A DNA stretch of 64,000 nucleotides from the human T2T-CHM13v2.0 reference genome, Homo sapiens. The DNA is taken from NCBI RefSeq assembly GCF_009914755.1, contig NC_060941.1. One strand, given 5' to 3'. The notes beneath the pieces were generated by a model, which was not told where the DNA came from, ran no database searches, and saw nothing but the letters and a program-made list of their open reading frames with translations. Numbering within the stretch: position 1 is the first letter of the stretch; every line of letters begins with the position of its first letter. Position numbers and translations under genes: made by a program. This document shows positions 25,243 through 37,420 of the stretch, piece after piece.

Positions 25243-26132
25243 GTAAGCAATGAGATCTGAAGTTCTGTTGTTTAGTCCCTGGACTTTTGATCCTCTCTTC
25301 ACTGATGAGGACTTTTATGCTGAGGTATTGGTTCCAGAAAGTGGATGAAAACACTGCTCAGGGGTAAGAGTCTAACAGCATAGAGGAAACAAAATCAGAA
25401 TAGTAGAGGAATAGGAAAACTAGAGCAGTAACCTAAGATCAATGCCATTTAGGGACAGGGAAGAGTCATTCCAGTTCTAGGTCACACTTACAAGATGCAA
25501 AAGGATATAAAACAGGGATACAGCTTCAAAGATGCAGACTGGGGACCACTGTGATGCCAAGTGAGGGCCACAAAAGCCAAGGGAATCTGAGCAAGACAAA
25601 CTAAGGAAAGAGAACAGGCCCAACCTCTATTAAATAGCATCTGACAAGAACGAGGCAGGAAACAAGCCCAAACCTGGGTGAGAGTTTGGGAAAAACTTCC
25701 CATCCATATAGCACAATGTTCTAGAGTGGAAGGTGGGAAAGAGAGAAACCTTGGATAAACTAGAATCCTGAAACTGAGTCCATGTAAGTAGCTTGGCCTC
25801 ATCATGGACATAATGAACTTTAAACAAGCTGGAGAAGATACCTAGCAAGGCACCTCTCCACCCTTGAGTATGAAGTCTAACAGCAAAAACCTGACTGGGT
25901 TAATATGAATTTCTACAAAATACCTCTATGCTTATAAGCAGAAAGAAAGCATACTAGGTAAAGGCAATAAAAAGCTCTTAGCCATGCTAAGGCTAGTGCC
26001 ATTTTCTAGTCAATTAAAGTAATGGCGATTCAAAGCATCTTTCTTGATTCTATAGTTTGCAAGAGCTCCAATTTTGTAAGCTTCATAATATTTTTAATAA
26101 ATAGGCCTGATTTGTGGATTTGTCCCATAGGG

Positions 26133-26350
26133 GGCAGCATGGTGTAACAGAAAGAGCTTGCACTTAGAAATCAGAGACCTGGATTCAAATCCCAGCTTTG
26201 TTTTACTAGCTGTATGAGCTTGAACAGATTACTACATCTGACACTCAGTTTCCATGTATGTAAAATGAGAATAATACCTATACCTTGAAGAGTTACTTGT
26301 GAATAAGGTAAACTATATCAATGATGCATGTCATATAATAGACAATATAT
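26133..26350 (+). mobile_element. MIR SINE
   Basis: ggcagcatggtgtaacagaaagagc...cctggattcaaatcccagct...ctcagtttccatgtatgtaaaatgag. Confidence 0.8.
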
Positions 26351-26569
26351 TGTCAATACCCTATTTAATGTTATTTTTATTATAGAAAACTTTACTGGGA
26401 ATCTGAGCCTTTTCTATGAGTAAGTTTGTGTCTGCACCTATATTTTTAAAACTCCAATGTGTAAAGTCAAAACTTGGCAAGTGGAAGAACTTAGGAGACA
26501 GCTAATTTACATTACCAAAGGAGTCTATGACTTACCAAATAAAAAATATTTAAGTAGAGTTTCTAGAGT

Positions 26570-28245
26570 GCATTTTTATAGACTGCCACTGGGCTAGAGA
26601 TACAAATCAAATATCATCTCTGCCAGAAGTTAGGCTAATAAGAGAAACAGATATATTAACAAAAAATTACCTGGTAATTGCCTACCTGCTATGAAGTTAT
26701 CAGTATTAAACTCTTATGATCAAAGAGAGCCTCCTGGAGGAGATGACAGAATCTGGTATGAAGGATAAGCAGGAGTTGAGCAGAAAAACAGGAAAGAGAA
26801 GAGCATTATAGGCAGAGAAAGCAGATTGTACAACTGTTTGTAGTTTAGGGAATTGCAAGCAGTTTGGCTGAAACTCAGGATCTAAGAACATTGTTCATTC
26901 TTTTCTTTCTATTTAAAAAATATATATTTACTGGCCACCCTCTATGTGCCAGGCTCTCTTCGAAGTAACAGGGATACAGTGATACATAAAGCAAAATATC
27001 TGCTCCCATAGAGCATACTTACATTCTAGAAACAGGGACAAAGAGTGAAAACATAAACAAACAAGATAATTTCAGATCATGAAAATTCCAGTGTATAATA
27101 CAAAACAGCAGTAGGGGTGGGAGTAGGCAGGAAGTGTGTTGAATTCACTAGGATGATGATCAGCAGAGACCTATCTGGAAAGATGACATTTGAACCAACC
27201 CCAGAAGAAGAAGCTAGTAATGCAGAGTTCTGGAGTTGGAATATTCCAGACAATAAAACAGCAAAAGGCCCTGAGGTAGGTGAGGGACAGAAAGAAGGCC
27301 AAGATCTTTGACACACAGTGAACAAAAGGGCGGATCGTGAGAGACAGGGTAGAGAGCAAGACAGAAGCCAGAAGCCAGAGTAGGCAGGGTTCTGCTGGTC
27401 ATAGTAAAAAGTCTGGATTTTATCCCGCTTGTGATGGAAAGCCATTGGAAACTTTTAAGCAAGGATTGATATAATCTGATCTGTAAAATCAAATCTGGTT
27501 GCTGTATGAAGAGACCATAAGGGAAAATTATTGAAGCAGGGAGGCAACTTAGAAAGTTATTAACAAAGGAGACACCAAGTTTTCTGGCTTGGGTGCCTCA
27601 TGGTATCATGATGGCACTTGCCAAAAAAAAAGGTAAGAGAGAAGGAAAAACAAGCTTGGGTGGTTGGGCATGTTGAATTTGCGTTGGCTTTGGAACATTC
27701 CATAAAAAAGAAACATTCAGGAGAAAACAAGCTGCATGGAGTCTAGAACTCAGGAAAGAAAACTGAGCTAATATTATAGATTTAAGAATTTGTTTACATG
27801 TGAATGATGTTTGAAGCTAGGAAAATGCTTGGGATTCCCTGGAAAGAGGAGGTAGAATAAGAAGAGGAGACTGTGGAAGGATCCCTGTGGAATGGAGCAT
27901 CAAGACCTATTAGACTAAGAAGGAACAACCAGAGAAAGAAGATTAAAAAAACAAGAGAGTAGTGGCACAGAATCAAAATGTGTAGAGAAAGGTTAAATTC
28001 AAAACCTGAAAAGCTTCAGTTGTTTTGCTTTTCTCAACAAGGAAGTCATCAGTGATCTAGATGAGAGCAGTTTTTGAAAAGAAAGAAATAGAAACTGAAC
28101 AGAAGCTAATCAGGGATTAAATGAGAGGTAAAGAAGTAGGACAGGAATTTTCACTCTTTTAAAATCTTGGCTGCAAAAGGGAAGAAGGAGGGAAGGTAGT
28201 AGCTAGAGAAGTGTAGGGTTGAAAGGGCATTTTTTAAGGCAGGAA
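26570..28245 (-). mobile_element. L2 LINE cluster (younger L2a apparently nested at ~26890-27560)
   Basis: tatttactggccaccctctatgtgccaggctct; gatggaaagccattggaaacttttaagcaagg. Confidence 0.65.
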
Positions 28246-29623
28246 AGCTATGTATGCTACGATGTCCCACAATTTGTTTAACTCTACAAACAACTCTTCA
28301 TTTCTATTTCCACCTTCGCAGCCCCTGTCTGCCCTCTCAGCTCACAGAACCTTCCCAGTGTTTAATCTTCTCTTGGCCACAGGGTTCTTAGTGGATTCCT
28401 CCCTGGCTGTATGAGGGTGGCCTTCTCTATGCCACAGAAGTGCCAAACTCTCACGTTGGCCTGAAGACGGGTTGCACCACTCCCTGCTAAGAGGATCTGG
28501 CCAATTACATTCAGATTTTATTATTAACTTAAAATGTGAGCGATCATCATTCTGTTTCTTAAAATATAACGCTCTCTTGGGTCCATTTACTTCTTGGAAG
28601 CCAAGATTCCATGAGCTATGAAACACAAAGATGTGGAAAGCAGCAAATGACAAATGGAACCTAATGACGGGGAAGTGCTGTTGAAAACTGGGGAGAAACA
28701 TTTAGTGTCCTACCCCTCACAAAAGCAGAAGCATTTCAGAGCAATGAAATCTGTCACTGCATTCTCTGTCCTTCCCACAAGTGTGACCACTTTGAATTGT
28801 TCAAAAGCCATTTATGAAAAGGGGGAAATGCAATTTAGAAGAACATACCTGCTGGGTTACCCAGAGGGCAAAGTTTGCAGCATAATTCCATTCTGTGTGT
28901 ATAGGATTCACTAACTTCAAAGGAGCCTGCTAGAAATATAGAGCCTATCACAAACCTAGCCTCTGATGCCAGCCCAAGATTCTGTTTTAAGGCTGTTGAG
29001 TATCTTGAATTGGTTTGTGTATATCTTTTGGGAGTAGGTGGATGGAGAATGGAACTCTTTCGCTTACTTCCCATTTCTGTGTGGTTTTCAAAACACAAAG
29101 TAGAACTCCTGTGCGTCAATTAAAATTAAGCATCTCTCAAGGACCCAAGGGGGAAAGTTGGCTTCTAGAAAATGCAGCTCAAGGCAGGGGGTGGAATGAT
29201 TTGGTCCATCACATGGGTATTTTGGTGTTTTCTCTCCCGCTCCTTTTCTGTGGATATAGTGGTCACAGGCAGCAGCAATTTTTTTTTTTCCAATACTGCT
29301 GTTTCTCCTAGTGACACATGGGTGAGGCAATAGAGGGGAGGGGGGTGTTGTTTCCTTCAGATGCATTTGAAGGTTATCCTGATCTTCCAAATGTAAATCT
29401 TGGTAACCTTTTTCCAGATGATGTTAAGAGTACTATGGCATAAAATACACAGCTCAAAAAAATCAACAAGAATCTGGAGATATTATTTCTCTTGGGATAT
29501 CAGAAGGTGAACAAACCCCGGAGGTTCTACTGAAGGCCTGATGAAAGATTCAGTAAAAGTCTTCATTTATAAATTATTTAAAGTCTACTCAAACACAGTG
29601 GAAATAAATTCACTGAAGCACAA

Positions 29624-29628
<5 letters not shown>

Positions 29629-29661
<33 letters not shown>
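29629..29661 (+). repeat. (AT)16 microsatellite
   Basis: Direct reading. Confidence 0.97.
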
Positions 29662-29665
<4 letters not shown>

Positions 29666-30791
29666 GTGGTACATTAAAACTGTGAAGATAGATTTTTGGG
29701 CAAATATGGATTATTATTCTTTTCTTTCTGTTCTGCCATGCCCCCTGCCTTTAAGAAAAAAGCAATAGCTTTAAGTCAATTATTCTTTCCTGAAATGTCA
29801 TCTCCCCATAACGCCCTCAAAATCCACATCAACTCTACTCTGCTGTTGTTGGCCTGACCCACAGAGACCAGGAGTTACAACACTCATTACAATGGCAAGA
29901 AAGCCAAGCTTCCTAAGCCAGCACTAATACTATGAGCAGAACTTTCATCAAACAGCTCCTGGGTCAACCAGAGGGGAAATTCAAGGTTTTACCAGTCCTG
30001 GCCTGCCCAGTGGGCCCTCTCAGGGAAATTGAGGAGCATAAGCAAGTTTATTAAAATAACAACTGGGCAAGGTGCCTACAGTGGTTAATGGAGCATATGG
30101 CCTGAATCTGGGGATGGAAGCTGCACTTTGCATTCTTTTCCAGGAAGGGAGGGAGCAGCAGTGGCCTAAGTCCTTGGAAACTCTCCTCAGTGCCCTGGCT
30201 GGCATCCTGGAGATTTTCCCAGACTGTTCTGGGAGGGGTATCCCACTCTAAGCAATAGGTTCCACTAAGTCTTCTAATAAATAATACAATCACCATGCAA
30301 GTCAAATATTTAGATTCCCACTACAGCAGTGTTTCCCAAGTGTGGGTCCATGAACCAAGGAGATAATATTTACCCCTTAATATTCAAGCTCTTTTGTATC
30401 TCCTTCCTAGGTTACCATGATTATAACTAGGTCTTCTCTTGAAATCAAGAGAAGCTTTAAGTCAATAGTCTTTCCTGAAATGTCATCTCCCCATCTTTCC
30501 TGAAATGAAATCTCCTATCTCTCATGTTCTGGGAGCTACAGGAAATCAGTTATATCACTCACTAATTCACTCTAAAATGTAGTTTAGGAAATCTACTGGA
30601 CTAGATCATCACCAGCAGAAGATACCATACAAGAAATTATTATTCACCTTTATTATCAACAGCATTCTCACCTTGAAGTATATCTGATTACTGGTTTATA
30701 TTTTAATGATCTTAATATGTTATTCTCTATTTAGGGTGAAGAGAATTTCAATATTAATATCTTCTGTTTTTAAGGCACTTAAAGCATCTTT

Positions 30792-31103
30792 TTTTTCTTT
30801 TTTATGAGGCAGAGATTTACTCTGTTGCCCAGGCTGGAGTGCAGTGGCACAAATTTGGCTCACTGCAACCTCTGACTCCCAGGTTCAAGTGATTCTCGTG
30901 CTCAGCCTCCCGAGTAGCTGGGATTACAGGTGCCCACCACCACACCTGGCTAATTTTTGGATTTTTTTTTTTTTTTTTTTTTTAGTAAACACAGGGTTGC
31001 ATCAGGTTGGCCAGGCTGGTCTCGAACTCCTGACCTCAAGTGATCCACCCGCCTCGGCCTCCCAAAGTGCTGGGATTACAGGTGTGAGCCACCGCACCCA
31101 GCC
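30792..31103 (-). mobile_element. AluS with expanded middle A-tract
   Basis: Full antisense Alu; 16-bp TSD cacttaaagcatcttt (30776-30791) / cacttaaagtatcttt (31104-31119); 22-nt T run in the linker. Confidence 0.95.
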
Positions 31104-32109
31104 CACTTAAAGTATCTTTGACAAACTAAATTACTCCTCATAGTACTTATTCATAGTACCAGTTCACAGAAGCTAAATGATTTGCTCAAGATCATATATG
31201 CAGTAGGTAGCAAGACAGGACTTCAGTCCAGGTTTCTCTAATTTTAAGACAATTGTTCTTTCTGCTATATTTGGGCTGGCTCTTCAGTCAAATATCAGCA
31301 AAGATAAAGCAAAATTATCTGGGTGATTGTTTCAGGAATCAATGGTAGATTAAGTAAATTAGATCCTTTCAGGATGCGTTGCTTTTAGTATTATTTCTAA
31401 GAGACAGTCAAATATCACTATTCGTTATGCTCCCAGATTTCAATATTTGTTTCAGTTTCAATTCCACTCAACATGCTTTACTGAGAGCCTTCTATGTACC
31501 ATTTATAGCACAAGAGGTTACTAATACAATGATGATTAAGACACAGTGTAGTTGGGAGGTCTTCATAGTCCACTCATATGTCCATGTTCAGACTATATGA
31601 TCTGGGAAATACAAAAGATTCTACACATCCCTTTGCTTAATTTGTTCCTTAGTCCATTCCTTTGTTGACTGACTTATTCAATATTTACTAAGCAGAGATG
31701 AGTAAGACATACATACTGCATGCTCTCTAGAGTTCATGGTCCAATGAGGAAGACAAATAGGAAAATGGATAATTTATAATAAAACTTGGTAAATGCAGTT
31801 ACAGAGATATAAATACAATGCTCTAAGAGGCAAAAGAACTGAGCAACTAACTCCACCTGGGGAAAACAATACAGGCTGTCCTTGAGAGACTGGGTCTTAA
31901 AATATGATACTCCATTAAAATATTACACTGTCAGCTCATTTAAGGCACATTTCGTATACTCCTTAGTCCCCTCCAAACAGTATGTTCTCACTATTCGTAT
32001 GTTGGGAGATCAAAATACAGACAGATTTTGCAAAGTGCTTGACTATGGACTGAAAGTGTTGCAAACTTCAGTGGTTGCTTCCAGTTCTAGTAATTTTTAC
32101 TATCAGTCT

Positions 32110-32775
32110 TCTACTGGCCCCCAAAAACTATGTCCATGTCTGAACCCTCATAACCTATGAAAGTGACATTATTTTTTTGTTTGTTTGTTTATTTGTTTTT
32201 TATTATACTTTAAGTTCTAGGGTACATGTGCACGACGTGCAAGTTTGTTACATATGTATACATGCGCCATGTTGGTGTGCTGCACCCATTAACTCGTCAT
32301 TTATATTAGTTATATCTCCTGATGCTATCCCTCCCCCCTCCCACCACCCCATGACAGGCCCCAGTGTGTGATGTTCCCCTTCCTGTGAATGTGACATTAT
32401 TTGAAAAAAGGGTCATTGCAGATGAAATTAAAGATCTTGTGATGAGATCATCCTGGATTATATGGGTGGATCCTACACCCAATGAAAAGTTCCCTTATAA
32501 GAGACAGAAAAGAAGGCACAGACACAGAAGAGAGGCCATGAGAAGTCAGAAGCAGAGATAGCAGTGGCATGCTCACAAGAAATGCTGACAGCCACCAGAA
32601 GCTAGAAGAGGCAAGAGAAAGTATTCTCCCCCTAGAACCTCCAGAGGGAGTGTGGCCTTGCTGACACCTTGATTTCAAACTCTTGGCTTCCAGAGCTGTA
32701 AAAGAATAAATTTCTGTTGTTTTAAGCCACCCAGTATGTGGTAATTTGTTCCAGCAGCCACAGGAAACTAATACA
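32110..32775 (+). mobile_element. MLT1 (B/C-like) solo LTR interrupted by an L1
   Basis: gggtcattgcagatgaaattaa...aataaatttctgttgttttaagccacccagt...ggaaactaataca. Confidence 0.85.
32175..32385 (-). mobile_element. 5'-truncated L1PA 3' end
   Basis: ttattatactttaagttctagggtacatgtgcac...; 17-bp TSD tgaa(a/t)gtgacattattt at 32158-32174 and 32386-32402. Confidence 0.95.
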
Positions 32776-32924
32776 AGATCTAGTATGTTTCTCTAGTAGC
32801 AGCAATGTCAAGAAGCCCTAAGAGTTTAAGTAATTTAACTCTGTGTACCACAAAAAGTGAATTAGATGAACTAAGTGCCACTCCTCAGGAAGTTTCCACA
32901 GAGAGTCATGGAAATGCTAAGGTG

Positions 32925-33150
32925 GATGGCAGCATAGCAAGTCTTTGTAGTGAGACAGATTTACATTTGGCTGCCTATGCTACCACTTATCAAGAATACA
33001 AATTGGAAAATTTGATAAGCCTAAGCTTCAGTATTCTGATCTGCAAAATGAGAATTGCTGTAAGTGTTAAACAAAATAAAGCACTCAGAGTTCTTAGCAT
33101 CATGGCTGGCTCACAGTAAGCACTAGGTAAATATCAGATATTGTTATTAC
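32925..33150 (+). mobile_element. MIR SINE
   Basis: agcttcagtattctgatctgcaaaatgag...catggctggctcacagtaagcact. Confidence 0.65.
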
Positions 33151-33499
33151 CATTGTGGATACATGCACACAGCTGAACACACTGATCAGATAAATGAAGA
33201 AGGGAGTTCAACTACAGTCAATTATGAATTCTTTGCATGGGTCCTATTTCAAGAGCAATTTCAAATCCTCAGTTATGTTCTCTTCTTCCTCACTCTTAAG
33301 GCACCTGCCCCTGCTATCATCAAAAACAATCAACAATTTTGAAATCCTATTACTTGCAGTGTCCTAATTTTCCCACTAAAGATTGGAAAAAGTACTAAGG
33401 CTTTTTTAAAGAATATCAAAGTTATTTAGCCCAGGTCTTTATACATTTCTCTCCTTTTAACCTGGAAATATATGTTTCTTCTTTCCTAACCCCTTACCT

Positions 33500-35060
33500 C
33501 TGAGGACAATGTGTCCTTCCATCTTTCTCACTAAGCACCAATGCCAGCACTGGTGCTCACAATTGATCACCCCTCCTTATTATATTATCAACCTCACCAC
33601 TCATATATTCAACCATTCTCTCTCCAATAGTTTCTTCTTCTCCACACTCACAAATACCTTCCTTCAGCTTTGCTACCCACATGCTCTCAGTTCATCCCCT
33701 CCTTGATGTTTTGGCTTCCCCTCAGCTCAACCTGTCCCAAATTAAACCATCGATTCTACCACCCAACCCAAATCAGGACTGAAATTTAACTCCTTTAGTT
33801 TAATTTCCTATCTTCCCAGGAATCACAGTTTGATATCTACTAATAACTTTGAGGCCTATACACTCGCTTCTCCCAGTTATCTGGAACACTTGTCCCTAAA
33901 ACTATCACACAGCTGGTTCCTTCTGATCATTGGGTTCTTACCCAGACTCCCCTTTGTACAGTGATGCTTCCTCCCCTGGCCACCTTATCGAAAGCATCTT
34001 CCTCCTAAGTCACTCTTTCATTAAAATCCACTTTCATTGTCTTCACAGAACTTCATACTACCCAAAATTAATCTTATGTGTTTTCTGACTTATTGTCTAA
34101 CCCACTCTCTTTGAGCTATTTGAAAGCAGAGACCATGTCTGTCTAGCACAAAATAACTGTTCCATAAACATCTTTCAATGAATGACTTTCCTGGACTTCT
34201 ATTTTCTTCCACACAACCACAGCTCTTGCTTAGCCCCACAGCCTGAACAAGGTAAATATTTGGAGGGAAAATGTAGCTTGGACCACAGCTTCCCAGCTGG
34301 CCTCCCTGCTATCTCTTCCTCAGCATGTTCATCTTACATCCTAGTTGCTATCCTAAATCATAGCTCTCATCTTGTCAATTCTTCAAAATTCTTTGATGAC
34401 TACCCACTGGCTACAAAATAAGGTACAAACTCCTTATCTAAGCATTCAGTACCCTCCTCTGGTTCCACCCTACCTTTTTAAAAATTAAATGCTGTTTTTA
34501 AAAATATGTTTTTTGAAATAATTATAGACCCTGAAGATTACAAAGAAATGTACAGGAAATCCCATGCACCCTTCCTCCAGCCCCCCACAATTTTAACATT
34601 TTATACAACTCATATAATATCAAAACGGGACTACTTGTGCTCTTTCTTTATCCTCTTTGTTTCTAATCCTCTTATCGTTTGTATATTTACTATTAAAAGC
34701 TACCTCCAGTCATTTTTAAAAGTGGATGAAGACATAAATTAATACAGACATAGAGATGAATGAATGGAGGGAGAAAAATAAATGAAATGATGATAGAGTA
34801 TTTCATCAATCCTGTCCCGATAAAATATAATCCCTCTTTCCTATATACCTACACTTATTTGCTGAACTTCTCTTATAAAACCTATGTTCTGCCACAGTCT
34901 CACAGATGCATACTTTCTTTATACATCCATTAAAACAGTAAACTCCCTAGAGACAGATATAATTTCTTATTAATTTTATATCCACTCAAGCACCAAGTAC
35001 AGTGCTTCTATTAGAGCAGGATCTCAAGTAATATAGAATCTTCATTGTGAATGAATGGAT
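33500..35060 (+). mobile_element. L2 LINE fragments (with a short L1M-like piece near 34490-34625)
   Basis: Pyrimidine-rich L2 body with several gaatgaatg 3' ends (34180, 34760, 35050). Confidence 0.5.
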
Positions 35061-35307
35061 GAATTAAATATCTCTGCCCCAAGAGTAATTAAATATCTCT
35101 GCCCCAACAGCTGGGGCAGCTCCTTCCTAATGGAGGTTATGTTTGAGGAAAACCTTGAACAGATCAGTGGAGCTCAAAAAGGCAGAAGAGGGAATCCTTT
35201 TATTGGTAGCCATTATTTAAAGAACATATAAATTTATCTCATCCTTTGTAGCTGCTGGATAATATTCCATATACAGATGCGCCACAATTTATTTAACCGT
35301 ACTCCTA

Positions 35308-35800
35308 TTGGTTAGGATAAATTTTGGGTTCGTGTTACCAAAGACCCAAATAAGAATGTCATAAACACAAGATACTTTCTCTCTTGTGTGAAAGAAGCTC
35401 AAAAGGAGACAATTCAAGGTTGATATGCAGACGTAATGGTCTTCAGGCAACAAGCTCTATTTTTCAGCCCCACCATCCTAGCATGTGGCTTCTATCTCCA
35501 AGGTTGCTCCATGACCTCATCCAACACATCTAGTTACAGGCAAACTGGAAGGAAAGAGAAAGAATGTAATGACCCAGCTAAGCCAGGTCCCTTTATGTAG
35601 CTTTCCAGAAGTTTCATACCATACTTCCATTTCCATTTCAGTGGCCAGAACTTAATTATATCGCCATGCTTAGCTGCAGGGGAAGCTGAAAAAAGGCGGT
35701 CTTTTACATAAGTGCGTTGGTGTCCCAATTAAAATTAAGATTTTGTAACTAAACAAACAATAATGGATACTGGATAATGGATACTGGGTAACAACAAGGA
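35308..35800 (-). mobile_element. Old MLT1 (I/J-like) LTR
   Basis: cagtggccagaacttaattatatcgccatgcttagctgcaggggaagctgaaaa. Confidence 0.65.
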
Positions 35801-36385
35801 GTGAAAAGGCAAAACTGACATCTTGCCCTGCCAATTAAGAGCAAGTACGCACATCATCTCCTACAGTAAGGAAGAAAAGCATTCCTTCTAGTTCTAGTCC
35901 CTAAAATAGAAGAAACCTTGATACTGACTCCCTAACAAATCAGACTTTATCCATGAATTTTGCAATATTCCGATGATAATCACGTCTGATTTTCCACCAT
36001 CAACAGACTAACTGTAACCTGGTTAGAATGTGGGCTTTTTCTTCGATTAACTGTTGTATTTTTTAATGAGCAAGGTAGTCCTTCAGAATATGGAGGTGGA
36101 CGGCAGCTAGGATTTGAAACCAGGTTTACCAACTTCCACCACTGGAGTCTCCTCTTCTTCGTTCACCCTTTTAAATTCCTGCTACTTTGTCAAATGCAAA
36201 AATCATCTCTGAAATAATAGGGAATGAAGAAATGAATAACATTTAGCTTTCTAGCCTGTTTCATCCTCTCCACAGCTGCCCAGCTAATAATAAAAGCGTG
36301 TGTGGGAAATGAGGGAAGGTTCCTCTACTTCTATCTGGGCTGAACCTGTCAGAGTTCCTCTCTTTCCTTTCCCTTACGCTAAGAC

Positions 36386-36555
36386 CAGAGCCCACTACAT
36401 AATTTGTGGGGTCCTGTGCAAAATGAAAATGTGGGGCCCCTAGTTCAAAATGTGTCAGCATTTCAGGAGGTGACAGCAGGGCATTAAACGAAGCACAGGC
36501 CCCTTCTAAGTGCGGGGTCAAATGCACTGTTCCTATGCCTGTGAAGCAGGCTCTA
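36386..36555 (-). mobile_element. MER45A hAT-Tip100 MITE
   Basis: Matches recalled MER45A (ctacataatttgtggggtcctgtgcaaaatgaaaatgtggggcccc); perfect 8-bp TSD gctaagac at 36378-36385 and 36556-36563. Confidence 0.88.
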
Positions 36556-36589
36556 GCTAAGACTATATTTTTCCTAACCTCAGTTTCTG

Positions 36590-37420
36590 GCTTCGCAGAT
36601 TCACAGCCCTGCTCTGATGAAGAAGCCTGCTCAGAAGTCTTCCTCCCCACCAACAGTGACTACGACTCCAGCGATGCCCTGAGCCCCAGAGACCTGGACC
36701 TGGTCTACCTATCATCTCACGACATTGCGCAGCAGACCCTTAGCGGCCTAAGCGGCAGCGCCCCCGACGTCCTGCAAGTGCACGACGTGAAAACCCCTCT
36801 GGGGCCGGGCCAGGATCCCCAGGGCGAGGGCCCAAATCCCGATCACTCATGTGCCGAGTTTCTCCATAGCCTGACCCTCACGGGGTTCACACCCAAGAAC
36901 CACGCCAAGACTGTGTCCGGTGGGCGGCCCCCGCTAGGCTTCCTGGGAAAGCGGAAGCCAGGCAAGCACCCCCACTATGGCGGCTTCAGCCGCCATCATC
37001 GCTGGTTGCGCATCCACAGCGAGACCCAGTCGCTATCGCTCTCTGAGGGCATTTATACACAGCACCTGTCCCAGGCCTGTGGTCTGGCCCAGGAGCCCAA
37101 GGAGGCCAAGCGGGCCGGCCCTGCCCTTGATGATCCCAGGGGCCTAACTCTGGCCCACGCTGCCAGCCTTCCTGAGGAGCGGAACAGCAGTCTCCAGGAC
37201 GCGAGGCCTTCCGTCCGCCGCCTCTACGTGGAGCCCTACGCAGCGGCCGTGGTGGCCCAGGACGAAAAACCATGGGCAAGCTTGAGCCCGCCCTCTGGAG
37301 GCCGCATCACCCTGCCCAGCCCCACTGGCCCCGATGTGAGTCAGGAGGGCCCCACCGCCTCTCCCATGTCAGAAATACTCAGCAGCATGCTTTAGGGAGG
37401 CCCATCCCGGCTGTCCACCC
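36590..37420. promoter_or_regulatory. GC/CpG-rich island-like segment coinciding with the last coding exon
   Basis: Visibly many CpGs compared with the CpG-depleted, AT-rich flanks; observed/expected ratio not computed. Confidence 0.55.
36599..37395 (+). CDS. ANKFN1: ANKFN1 terminal coding exon F (DSQPCSDEEACSEVFLPT...PMSEILSSML*), S/P/G-rich, probably disordered tail
   Basis: Branch point ctaac (36574-36578), cttcgcag acceptor; phase 1 fits exon E; 797 nt; all six exons sum to 1668 nt (multiple of 3) with no internal stop. Confidence 0.93.

Noticed and set aside
36535-36598. N-terminal 21 codons of the 286-aa ORF as a stand-alone gene start
   Set aside because: The ATG lies in a MER45A element and the segment spans branch point and acceptor; the coding part begins at 36599 as a spliced exon
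37205-37260. Vestige of the Ras-association domain found in some non-mammalian wake homologs
   Set aside because: Only a vague resemblance (VRRLYVEPY); cannot be supported without a profile search
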